From: a virus
Lineage: Duplodnaviria; Caudoviricetes
Virus record (IMG/VR): IMGVR_UViG_2895055527_000002
Span: 17,917-81,916 of that record
Direction: 5' to 3' (one strand)
DNA length: 64,000 bases
In this document: positions 1 through 8,490 of the stretch, one piece after another
Numbering within the stretch: position 1 is the first letter of the stretch
Layout of the letters: each line of letters begins with the position of its first letter
Notes under the pieces: model-generated
What the model saw: only the letters and a program-made list of their open reading frames with translations
Databases searched by the model: none
Told to the model about the DNA's origin: nothing
Position numbers and translations under genes: made by a program

Positions 1-1135
1 CACACACTATCAGCGGTACGGTGTTCGCATAAAAGCGGGTGTATATGAGGAAACGCCGATAGATGGCCAAATTGCCTGTGGGCTTCTTTTCGTTAGCTTG
101 CTGCCCTGGATAGTTGTATGGATGCCTTTTGATATCTGTACGAAAAACGCTGTCAACGGAATGGATAAAACCCAACATTCCATGAAGCTTCGCCGGCGTT
201 CCTTCTTCCTCGAACGTCTGTAGTTTGCCATGCACGTCAGGGACTTGGCGTTTGACTGTGTATTTGCCGTTCTTGACAAGGGACGCCACGTAAGCCCGCA
301 CGAGATACCTATACTCGGTGCTGACGTTTACCTTCTTGTTCACGACGAGTCCCGTGACCTGTTGTCTGGAGTCTCGATATTGCATTCGGGTTTTCTTCTC
401 GTTGATTGAGAAGCCGCTTCGCAAAATCAGTCGCTGGAGTTCTGCTCCGACGTGCCAGCTGTGTTCTTTGGAGTCATCACGATACGCAATCGCCGCGGGA
501 AATACTTCCTTGTTCGTAGAAAACGTGAGGTCGTCGGCGTATCTCGTGTAAGTGCAACCGTGCATCTGGGCTAGCTTGGAAAGGTGCGCATCCAAGATTC
601 CGGCAATCATGTTGGATATGACCGGTGAGCACGGGCTGCCTTGGGGAAGCACCCCATCTCGGCAGGCTATATGGGCGATGGTCGTGGCTACTTTCGCATC
701 AAACGCAAAATATCTATCGTTGATGAGGAATCCTCGGATTCTCTGCCCCGAGATGCTCGGAAAGAAATCCTTGAGGTCAAGATTGAACACGTATCGCCTG
801 TTGCGGTGTGCAGCAGCATTCGTGAGAATGCTTTTTCCCGGACGGAAGCCATGAGAAGCTTTATTAGTTCTCTTGGTCAGCGCGGCAATATCCACGAGAC
901 ATTGTTCCAGCGCAGCAGCAAGTTTGCGTTGTAACGACTTTAACTCGGATGTGGGAGCACAAATATCCCGGCTGCCTCCGCTACTCTTGGGAATCGAAAA
1001 TACGTTATACCTTTCAGGATCTTTCTTGACGTAGAGAAGGTACGTCAGGTCTTGGTGCTTGATGTCAAGAAGCATCGCGAGCTCTGCACGCGATTTGGCG
1101 CCTTGGAACCACTCAAGTGTATTTTTCGGAAGCAT
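1..1135 (-). CDS. Retron reverse transcriptase, Ec67-like RT-TOPRIM fusion (3' part outside window; absent from ORF track)
   Basis: Manual translation from ATG 1135: MLPKNTLEWF...IPKSSGGSRDICAP...SHGF...ILTNAAAH (region X NAxxH)...LDLKDFFPSI...LPQGSPCSPVISN...YTRYADDLTFS...QQVTGLVVN (region Y VTG)...RFYANTVPLIVC. Open to base 1. Confidence 0.95.
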   Translation of the reverse strand, partial: MLPKNTLEWFQGAKSRAELAMLLDIKHQDLTYLLYVKKDPERYNVFSIPKSSGGSRDICAPTSELKSLQRKLAAALEQCLVDIAALTKRTNKASHGFRPGKSILTNAAAHRNRRYVFNLDLKDFFPSISGQRIRGFLINDRYFAFDAKVATTIAHIACRDGVLPQGSPCSPVISNMIAGILDAHLSKLAQMHGCTYTRYADDLTFSTNKEVFPAAIAYRDDSKEHSWHVGAELQRLILRSGFSINEKKTRMQYRDSRQQVTGLVVNKKVNVSTEYRYLVRAYVASLVKNGKYTVKRQVPDVHGKLQTFEEEGTPAKLHGMLGFIHSVDSVFRTDIKRHPYNYPGQQANEKKPTGNLAIYRRFLIYTRFYANTVPLIVC

Positions 1136-1146
1136 TTAGATAGAGA

Positions 1147-1277
1147 GCCCCGTAGACACTCCAACGCGTATTGGCTCCTGCTCCACATGGCGCCAATCAG
1201 GTTGATATCGATGCAGCATAGGTCCTAACATTGTTGTCAAGTGCCATGATTCATGGCAGAAATTCTGTCTACGAGGC
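1147..1277 (-). ncRNA. Retron msr-msd RNA
   Basis: a1/a2 inverted repeat at 1147-1158 and 1266-1277 (11/12 match). Putative branching G at 1265. msr hairpin TGCCAT-GAATC-ATGGCA. msd stem CAAC..ATTGGC..GCCAAT..GTTG. Ends 11 nt before the RT ATG. Confidence 0.88.
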
Positions 1278-1284
1278 GACTCCG

Positions 1285-1293
1285 ATAATATCA
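1285..1293 (-). promoter_or_regulatory. Extended -10 promoter for the retron
   Basis: TGATATTAT (TGn-TATTAT) on the minus strand, 7 nt upstream of a1. Confidence 0.55.
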
Positions 1294-1552
1294 AAGTGCT
1301 CTCCGACTCGACAGCAGCATCTCATCTCTTGCGTTGTGCTGTAGCTGCGGGAGTTGCGTTGGATTTGCTCTTGAGTTAGATTCGCTTCTGCGTCGCAGAA
1401 CGTCGGCGCGCTGCCCACCCCTTGGGGCTTTCCGGCCGCAGTCAAGCTTTCGCATCGTTCCAAATCCAATCTTCAAAATATCTGAACCCGGTCTCCGGGC
1501 GTCAGAGAATTCGGGTGGGCGTCTCTGACGGAACTCTAAGGAGTGACGGAAC

Positions 1553-3205
1553 GTGGACACATCCGATTTTCATTTTCTCGACGCCAAGCACAAGGTAGAG
1601 CGGCAGGCTCGACGTCTTCAAAAGCATCTAAACGTGCGTCTTCGTGTCGCGCGTGCCGTGCTGGCTGAGGGGCCGTACCAATGTAAGAGTTGGGAAAGCC
1701 TTCTCGCGCGACTCGCTTGTCCAACAACACATATCAGAATGTTGGCATCACTACCTGGTGACAACAGGGCCGAGCACTATTTGTCTGCAAATTTGGACGG
1801 CATTGCCCGGTCCATTGCCCAGCAAATAATGCCTAACACCAATCTTGCCGGCCTTTACGACATTGTGAGGAAAATGTTCCTCGCGAATTGTGCCCCGACA
1901 ACGCTTGAGCATGTCGCGCCGTCACTCCCCCCACTTGCGTGGGAGCCTGCGAATCTTGGTCCCGATGCCTACGCGGTGATGTATGCAAATGCGAACGTGA
2001 ACGGCAATGCATTCCGAGTAGTCGCTACGCGAACTTACCTGCCAGATTATCTCGACTTCGGCGCCGAAGTGGACCACCCGGAATTAGCCTATCCGGTTGG
2101 GAAGTTCAAAATTGTCTGGACTAACCCCGACGCGTGGCTGGATGCGGCACGAACTTATCTTTTTGCCCCCAAAGATGAGTGGGATGTCGATCTGGCTCTC
2201 CCGGAAGAAATTCTCGACGAACATATGGCCGCTCATGAGCGGTGGTTCACGAAAGCCCTGGCGACAATGCCTTACCGGGGCGAGTACAGTGAAGAACTCA
2301 ACGAGCGTCCCATTCCATACTTTTACAGGGGGGACGCATACTTGCTCTTTGGCCTCCCCACGGTCGGGGGGGTGAACCGGAAGGCACCTAACCTCGAAGT
2401 AGAAATTTCGGCATCGGATGCCAACGGGGGCAAGCTGTTTTCCGTGGAAGGTGTGCCAATGTTGCTCGAATGGAGTAAAGCGCAAGCCGAATTGGGCGAT
2501 GACATCGGAGAGCATCGATTGGCAAACACGTTTGTTGATGCAATCGCCTCGGACTCAATCAGTATGTGCTTTGATGTGGGGCGCACGGACGTTGGTCCCT
2601 CAATCCTCATGCGACCGGCATGCGGTACCGATATCCGCCTTGCCTTGAAGCTTGAGCTGATGCCAACTGCGGGAGAGGAGGCCTTCGTACTTCGGAGTGA
2701 TTCCCCGGAACTTGCTGAGATACTCGTCGCGAAGATTGCTGCGCGGCAAATACTGGTCGATAGAACGGTTGCCGCTTGTCCCCGTTATGCCGTTGCGTTG
2801 AGGCTTCCGAGAAATGTAAGGGGACTTCTTCAAGTCGGTCTGGAAGTTCGGATGAATAAGGCTGAAGGTGTACGTTCGAATCTCATTCCGACAACATACA
2901 TCGAGGTGATCGATGACGATTGGGCGATGGTCTACTTCCCTCTGGGCATCACTCTTCTGGCGTTACTCGAGGCACTCGGCAAGTGGGCGCTAATAGATGC
3001 TGTCGTTGACGGCAGGGTCATCCGGCGACCAATTGGTTTTGAGGCTAGCCTAGCGAATGAACCAGCTTGGACGAAAAACCTTCTAGACTCAGGCCTGAAT
3101 TTCGACGCAATGTTTTGCGGAGGCAGGAAGATCCCTTTGGGTCGTACCGCCTACGAGTTGCTCCGAACGGCAAGAGTCACTAAGTACGCACGCGACTTCT
3201 ACTGA
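1553..3205 (+). CDS. Hypothetical 550-aa protein with a small N-terminal helical (HTH-like) domain
   Basis: Long ORF with AAGGAG RBS at 1538-1543. No catalytic motif recognised. Confidence 0.8.
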   Translation: MDTSDFHFLDAKHKVERQARRLQKHLNVRLRVARAVLAEGPYQCKSWESLLARLACPTTHIRMLASLPGDNRAEHYLSANLDGIARSIAQQIMPNTNLAGLYDIVRKMFLANCAPTTLEHVAPSLPPLAWEPANLGPDAYAVMYANANVNGNAFRVVATRTYLPDYLDFGAEVDHPELAYPVGKFKIVWTNPDAWLDAARTYLFAPKDEWDVDLALPEEILDEHMAAHERWFTKALATMPYRGEYSEELNERPIPYFYRGDAYLLFGLPTVGGVNRKAPNLEVEISASDANGGKLFSVEGVPMLLEWSKAQAELGDDIGEHRLANTFVDAIASDSISMCFDVGRTDVGPSILMRPACGTDIRLALKLELMPTAGEEAFVLRSDSPELAEILVAKIAARQILVDRTVAACPRYAVALRLPRNVRGLLQVGLEVRMNKAEGVRSNLIPTTYIEVIDDDWAMVYFPLGITLLALLEALGKWALIDAVVDGRVIRRPIGFEASLANEPAWTKNLLDSGLNFDAMFCGGRKIPLGRTAYELLRTARVTKYARDFY

Positions 3206-3219
3206 ACTGAGGGGAGATC

Positions 3220-3414
3220 ATGCCCGAGCGTAAAGTCGCCAAAAATCAACAACGTTACGATGTCCTTGAGAGTGCCTACTGCTCGTTTACGGACGACAGG
3301 GAGAGGCGTAGAGCATTGATCTCGAGAGACATTCGCCTGGTTCTGATGCGTGCGCTTTCGATTTCGGCCTTATGTGTCGCATCCTTCTACGGCAAATCCC
3401 ATTTTCCGTTCTAG
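3220..3414 (+). CDS. Small protein with a hydrophobic C-terminal segment
   Basis: GAGGGGAG RBS, 14 nt after the 550-aa gene. Confidence 0.5.
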   Translation: MPERKVAKNQQRYDVLESAYCSFTDDRERRRALISRDIRLVLMRALSISALCVASFYGKSHFPF

Positions 3415-3751
3415 GGCGTATCGCAGTGAGATGCCCGCTGGGGTTGGCGCTCCGGCGGCCATCGAGCTGCCAAAGGACGTGGCAATGCATCTAGCGCCGG
3501 TCGAACAAACGAGCCCATATCATTTCATTCAGGAGCGGGCAGCCTGACAACGTGACTGTGCGGTGAGTAATCGAAATTCATTGGCCGGTAGGGCGTTCGT
3601 TGTGCCAAGACGATTCGCCAAGCCGAACATCCAGTACCCGTTTCGTGGGTGCCTCGGTAAGCATCCGCTCTATACCTAGGGCAGATGCGGCAGAGTTTCC
3701 GCTAGCGGATGTTTGTTGGTTTGCCACGCGGTAGAACTCTTGATTGTTATG

Positions 3752-4987
3752 TCATCGCCTTTGCCGCCGATGGCGTTCCAAATACATCGAGTAATGCTTG
3801 TCGAGCGCGTCCGCAGCAGGTGCATCTTTGAAGCGCTCCGGCACAACCGCAAGTGACTTTCCATCGTACTTCTCATAGTCGGTCCCTCGGAGTTGTGGCG
3901 CGACATGGACGATACTTCGTGAGTCGATGGACAACAGATGGAGGTCAAACAGTGTATGAATGTCTGCTCTGAGCAGAAGTCCATTATGCACGTTGTAGTC
4001 CGTCAGACGCGAGTGTGGAACGATATGCGCCGCTTCCAGCAGTTCTTCAATCCGTGAACCGGTGACTGCACATCGCGTCCGATACGCGGTCAATAGGGCG
4101 CGCCGGAATTTAACCTGACCACGGCGTGTCTTGATGGCGCGATTCTGGACTTCGTCGTAGGTGCTATCTTCGTCGTCGGCTTGCTCAACGGTATTGTCTT
4201 CGAGCGTCTTTTCAATTCCACGTACGAGCACGCACTCTCCGTTGGAGAAGTCGTAAGAGTGCACATACCACTCCTGGCCATCCAGATAGCGCTTTTCAAC
4301 CTTAGCTGCTTGTTCAGCCCGGTCTTCGCCCTCGGGCCGCCTTCCCGCCCCAACGATCACTCGCACCGGAAGTCGCCGCTCAAAAGACTCTCGGATAGCA
4401 ACGTCCAGTGCTTTTCCACGTTGAGCTTGTGTCTTCGCTCGGTTGCGCACGTTTTTTTCTATCGCAAGGTCGGTGGCGATTCTGGTCCGCTGATCGCTCT
4501 CGGCGCGAGCGTTCCGGTCAAAATAGATCCAACCGTCTTCGTTGACCTTGAATTCGCTATGCCACAGACAAAGAACGAAGCCTTCGGTCACGGACCCGAA
4601 GCACCACTCGTAGCAAAAATTTGGATTCGACTTGAAGTCTTCATTCCAGCCGTCAATCGATACCCCCGCGTCTCGGAGAAGATCGTAAAGTGTGCCTTTC
4701 GATAACGGCTTGAGGCTCTCAAGTGACTCTGTAGGAGGAGCATCCGCGCGTCTAAACGTGACGAGTCGGTTGACTTGGTCAAGCCTCACCTGCCTCCAGC
4801 CGTATTCCATCCAAAATTGACCTGGGTGACCATCCTTAGTCCTTGAATTTGCCCAGAATGGCTTGAACCGATCAGCCGTTGGTGGCAATTCGTTGCCGAT
4901 AATTTTCTCTATATCGGAAAACGAGAGTGTTACTTCACTGTTGGATTGTGCAGCCAAGTGAGCTGCAAGAGGCTGATATTTTCTCAT
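3752..4987 (-). CDS. HNH endonuclease with N-terminal accessory domains (restriction-like)
   Basis: C-terminal RRGQVKFR..CAVTG..LEAAHIVP..NGLLLRADIHTLFD (HNH_2 type). Confidence 0.9.
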   Translation of the reverse strand: MRKYQPLAAHLAAQSNSEVTLSFSDIEKIIGNELPPTADRFKPFWANSRTKDGHPGQFWMEYGWRQVRLDQVNRLVTFRRADAPPTESLESLKPLSKGTLYDLLRDAGVSIDGWNEDFKSNPNFCYEWCFGSVTEGFVLCLWHSEFKVNEDGWIYFDRNARAESDQRTRIATDLAIEKNVRNRAKTQAQRGKALDVAIRESFERRLPVRVIVGAGRRPEGEDRAEQAAKVEKRYLDGQEWYVHSYDFSNGECVLVRGIEKTLEDNTVEQADDEDSTYDEVQNRAIKTRRGQVKFRRALLTAYRTRCAVTGSRIEELLEAAHIVPHSRLTDYNVHNGLLLRADIHTLFDLHLLSIDSRSIVHVAPQLRGTDYEKYDGKSLAVVPERFKDAPAADALDKHYSMYLERHRRQRR

Positions 4988-5264
4988 TAGGTGCCTAGGC
5001 TTTATCGCGAGCCCGTGAAAATATAAGCGATTAAGTCAATGGTTCTGCCGGAAAGAATGATTTTAGGCAGTTCGCAGTTAACGTTGCAGCACATGACTAG
5101 TCGCTTTGGCTGAAGTTTCCGCTGGGCACTTCAAGCCACATGCAACAATTAGCCGTCTGATGCGAAAGACATATCGGGTCGCTATAGGTACTACGGGCGG
5201 GTTCGTTATGGGCGAGGCCCTGTTGAGGGGCCGGCCAAATCTGTTTCGGATACGTTCAGTTTGG

Positions 5265-5597
5265 CTAGTGTGCGTCGTCGTGGCGCGTATTCAGCCCGTA
5301 TATGTCCATCTGTGCGGCAGCACTCCCGTCATTGAACAGAGGAGGCATCTTCGCCTCATGTACTGGCGTTGAACGTTGAGCGTCGTCGTCCAATCTCGTC
5401 ACTGACCGACGCGACTCCACACGACCAAGGAGCACGAATACAAACATCGGAGCCAGAAAGACCACGATAAGTGCCATCAGCACTCGCCAGAGTACGGGAT
5501 GGTCGAGCAGTTCGCGGGCGAACACGAGAAAGACAGTGAACAGGGCAGCCCCTACCAGCACGGATGCCCCCACAAGCATCTTAGCAGTGATTCGCAT
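5265..5597 (-). CDS. Hypothetical membrane protein (2 TM)
   Basis: Two hydrophobic segments. Confidence 0.6.
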   Translation of the reverse strand: MRITAKMLVGASVLVGAALFTVFLVFARELLDHPVLWRVLMALIVVFLAPMFVFVLLGRVESRRSVTRLDDDAQRSTPVHEAKMPPLFNDGSAAAQMDIYGLNTRHDDAH

Positions 5598-5740
5598 AAT
5601 GACTCTGGATAACTATTTATCTATTTATGGCCGCGATTTGCGGCATTCCTTCAAATCCATTATATGGGCGATGTCCGAGCAACGGATAAACTATTACTCC
5701 GGGGTTTGGGCGCGTTCTATTGCGGAGTCGCCATTGCAGT

Positions 5741-6106
5741 CTACGTTTCGTCCCCAAATGCGGCTCCAGCTCGATACTCCGCGGAAACGTCACGTATCGA
5801 CAGAACCGCATTGATATCGCACCATCTGGACCACGTATATGACGCGTCTCCATCCTCACTCGATGGACCCTCAAGTCGGTAAACGCGACCAGACCGCGTC
5901 CTACCTTCGCCTCGCGCAGCATCGAACTCTTGGATGGCCGAGCTCACGCGCCCGGCCATCCCCTCGATTGCCCATCCAACAAAGTGTCGTGTGAGGTCAC
6001 TGGCCTCAAAGACACGCCAACGAACGAGATGGGTGACTGGCTCCGTGTCGACGGAGCGTGTTTTCCACATGGGCATGATGACCTCCTGCGAAACGCGTGA
6101 AAGCAC
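5741..6106 (-). CDS. Hypothetical protein (true start probably about 6079)
   Basis: GRVSSAI..GRTRSGRVYRL pattern; AGGAGG RBS before the internal Met. Confidence 0.65.
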   Translation of the reverse strand: MLSRVSQEVIMPMWKTRSVDTEPVTHLVRWRVFEASDLTRHFVGWAIEGMAGRVSSAIQEFDAARGEGRTRSGRVYRLEGPSSEDGDASYTWSRWCDINAVLSIRDVSAEYRAGAAFGDET

Positions 6107-6302
6107 ACTCGTAGGCTAGGTCAGTTTCCCTCAGATGAAAGCGAGATTTTCGTGTTGCGTCGCCGCGCTGGGCTCTGCGCGCGAGAAAATGCGAGTGGCG
6201 TGCCTATACTGCTGCGAGAGCGACAAAATCCGGGGCGAGAAAACAGGGCTTTGCTCCGTCGCGAAAATTTGCGTTTGTGAATCAAGGTGTTGCCGAAAAT
6301 AG

Positions 6303-6459
6303 TTGCGCCACCTCATGGGTGCGATTCACGGATTTGCGCCAACTTGTGGGTGCGCTTCGGGGTGGTGGGAGATGTGCGAAGTGCGGAAAGTGAGGGCATT
6401 AGGGTACGAGTCCGCCAACTCATGGGTCCGAAACGCGCCAACTTATGGGTAACTCGACA
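6303..6459 (-). repeat. Tn7-like transposon end: terminal TGT plus 4 TnsB-binding boxes
   Basis: Plus-strand copies of CGCCAMCTYRTGGGT at about 6306, 6337, 6413 and 6436, with terminal ...AACTCGACA ending at 6459. Confidence 0.75.
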
Positions 6460-6503
6460 TACGTTTTGATGCTGGCGAAAATCTAGCCGGTTTTTGCCCG
6501 TTT

Positions 6504-6920
6504 TTATTCGAAAATGCCATGAACCGTGCCAGCATTTTCTAATACTCGTTTTTCCAAAAATCGCTTTAGTCTGCGTTCGATCCTGGCGTGTCCGATCGAA
6601 CCTATCAGATGTCGCAGCATTGCGTCGTCGTCAGGCTGAAGCTCCCCTTTAGTGCGCTCATGATTTAGTTCGGGTCGGAAGATCCGAATGCACGCTTCCT
6701 CATATGCTTGAAGATGTAGCAGGTCGGTTGGCACGAACATCACGTCATCGAACTCTTTGACATTGATGTGTTGGCCGAGTCGTTGGTAGATGTCTTCTGT
6801 CTTTCCTACGTACCTTATCCGCTCGCGCAACAGTAGGAAGTAAATTCCTCGCCGGTTTCGCAAAATCGGGATGTGCTTTAGCCCTGCGTCTTCAAGAAAC
6901 TTTTTTTCTTGCATCTTCAA
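6504..6920 (-). CDS. GIY-YIG nuclease family protein
   Basis: GIYFL..RYVGKTE..RLGQH..E..PELN; overlaps the integrase 3' end. Confidence 0.8.
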   Translation of the reverse strand: MKMQEKKFLEDAGLKHIPILRNRRGIYFLLLRERIRYVGKTEDIYQRLGQHINVKEFDDVMFVPTDLLHLQAYEEACIRIFRPELNHERTKGELQPDDDAMLRHLIGSIGHARIERRLKRFLEKRVLENAGTVHGIFE

Positions 6921-8106
6921 TAGCTTGTTGTGAGTGGTTTCCGAACTTCTTCACGGCCTTATTCCCCGCTTCCACGTCCGCTGCCGGCATCCACCGTCCG
7001 TATACTCGCGCGATCATCGTCCAGTCCGCGTGCCCCATCTGCTTTGCAACCCACATCGGGTGTTCGCCCGCCGAAAGCATCATCGAAGCATAGGTGTGCC
7101 GGGTCTGATACGGATTGCGGTAGCGTACGCCAGCCCTTTTGAGAGCGGATTGCCAAATGCGCCAGATCTGATTGGCGCCGGTAAAGCGCGCTCCCGACCG
7201 ATCCTTAAAAATTGCGCCGTCTTCTTCGGACAGGAAGGTCAGTGCCTTTTGCGCATGAAGGGCGGCGCTCGCTGGCTCAAGCAACCGGATGTCGCGCCGA
7301 CCCGCCGCAGTCTTCGGGAATTCGGCGACGCCTTTCGCCTCGCGCGTCATCGCGCGACGTACGCGGACGTATCCTCCAACGAAATCGATGTCCGACCAGT
7401 TGAGAGCGATGAACTCCGAGGTGCGCATCCCGGTCCAGAGCGCAAACTGGATCAGATTTCGATTCCCTCCCGTCAGTTTATCGAGAATAGCGGCTTGCTC
7501 TTGAGGGGAAAGCGGATCGATCTCGTCTTCTTCGATTTCCTTCGGCCGTTCAGCGCGTGCGTAGGTATAACCTGCGAGTGGATTCGCCTCGATTAATTCG
7601 TCTCCTGACGCGTCGCCGAGCGCCGATCGCATGCAGCTTTGGATATTCGCCAGTCGCTTGTTGGAAGCCTTGCGCTCGCGGTCGTGGTCGATTCCGGCGA
7701 GCCAGTCTCTGATAGTCGCGCGCCGGAGATCCGAAAGGGGCAGCTTACCGAATTTCGGGATAACCCAATTGCTCACGATGTTTCGGTATCCCGTGAATGT
7801 TGATGCCTTGATCTCCATCTTCTTCCGGTCTAGCCACTTCTCGAAATACGATTCAACGGTTAGGACGTCACCAGGGCGTTCTGCAAATTTTGCTGCATGC
7901 TTTGAGTCCGGGAACGACTTCACATAGTCAAACTCGCCTTTCTCTATTGCGTGCAGAATCGCGGCCCGGAACTGCGTTATCTTGCGAGTGTTGGCAGGAC
8001 AGGGCTTCGCTTTGATCCGCTCGCGGCACCGCCGCCCTTGGTAATGGAAGGTGATTTCATAGCTGGAGTCTGAAACGATGTCGACTCCTGTCCTCTTTCT
8101 AGCCAT
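6892..8106 (-). CDS. int: Tyrosine integrase with arm-binding domain
   Basis: TGMRTSE, PKT, YQTRHTYAS, MGH, VYG catalytic motifs. Confidence 0.95.
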   Translation of the reverse strand: MARKRTGVDIVSDSSYEITFHYQGRRCRERIKAKPCPANTRKITQFRAAILHAIEKGEFDYVKSFPDSKHAAKFAERPGDVLTVESYFEKWLDRKKMEIKASTFTGYRNIVSNWVIPKFGKLPLSDLRRATIRDWLAGIDHDRERKASNKRLANIQSCMRSALGDASGDELIEANPLAGYTYARAERPKEIEEDEIDPLSPQEQAAILDKLTGGNRNLIQFALWTGMRTSEFIALNWSDIDFVGGYVRVRRAMTREAKGVAEFPKTAAGRRDIRLLEPASAALHAQKALTFLSEEDGAIFKDRSGARFTGANQIWRIWQSALKRAGVRYRNPYQTRHTYASMMLSAGEHPMWVAKQMGHADWTMIARVYGRWMPAADVEAGNKAVKKFGNHSQQAIEDARKKVS

Positions 8107-8267
8107 CGTTCATACCCCTCCATGTCCATTATGATTTTCTTAGTGCCGGGCTCGTACTTCCAGACCGAACCTTCCGGCCAGATGCCCTTGCACTTGCGGG
8201 TATAGACGGCTGCCGGGGTAAATCCGGTCAGCTCGCAGAATTTTGCGATAGTCACAAAACGTACCAT
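7977..8267 (-). CDS. xis: Excisionase
   Basis: Small wHTH-like ORF overlapping the int start, as in lambdoid phages. Confidence 0.75.
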   Translation of the reverse strand: MVRFVTIAKFCELTGFTPAAVYTRKCKGIWPEGSVWKYEPGTKKIIMDMEGYERWLERGQESTSFQTPAMKSPSITKGGGAASGSKRSPVLPTLAR

Positions 8268-8490
8268 CGGGACCTCGCTCTATTGATCGCCCGCGCGTGG
8301 CGCTCGGCGGTGAGTATTGCGGAGTTTGGCTTCCATTTTTCAGATCTCATTCTGTCGCGGTGTGCTTCTACCGTTCCTCCGTTCGCACGAAGGTGGTCGT
8401 GCTACGATTCCCGGAACCGATTCTTGATGTTCTCGAAGAGAGCGGATGCAGGTTGACGAGTGATGACGTAGCCCTTGATACGTTTATCCA

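Larger units (their letters stand above)
1..6459. mobile_element. Terminal cargo region of a Tn7-like transposon (transposase genes not in window)
   Basis: The minus strand from 6459 reads TGTCGAGT followed by four copies of ACCCAYRAGKTGGCG, the layout of a Tn7-family end. Defence-type cargo lies inside. Confidence 0.7.

Noticed and set aside
10-934. Short ORFs listed in the track (10-279, 318-551, 552-854, 641-934)
   Set aside because: They are off-frame or antisense shadows of the retron RT gene.
1-1135. RT as a group II intron, DGR or CRISPR-associated RT
   Set aside because: NAxxH and VTG motifs and the upstream a1/a2 ncRNA indicate a retron. No TR/VR pair was noticed near the tail fibre genes.
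6401-6413. AGGGTACGAGTCC as the prophage attL core
   Set aside because: It matches GGGGTTCGAGTCC only partly and lies inside the transposon end; probably chance.
6303-6450. Repeats as a mini-CRISPR array
   Set aside because: Units are only about 15 bp, spacing is irregular (31, 76, 23) and they end in a TGT terminus, which fits TnsB boxes better.
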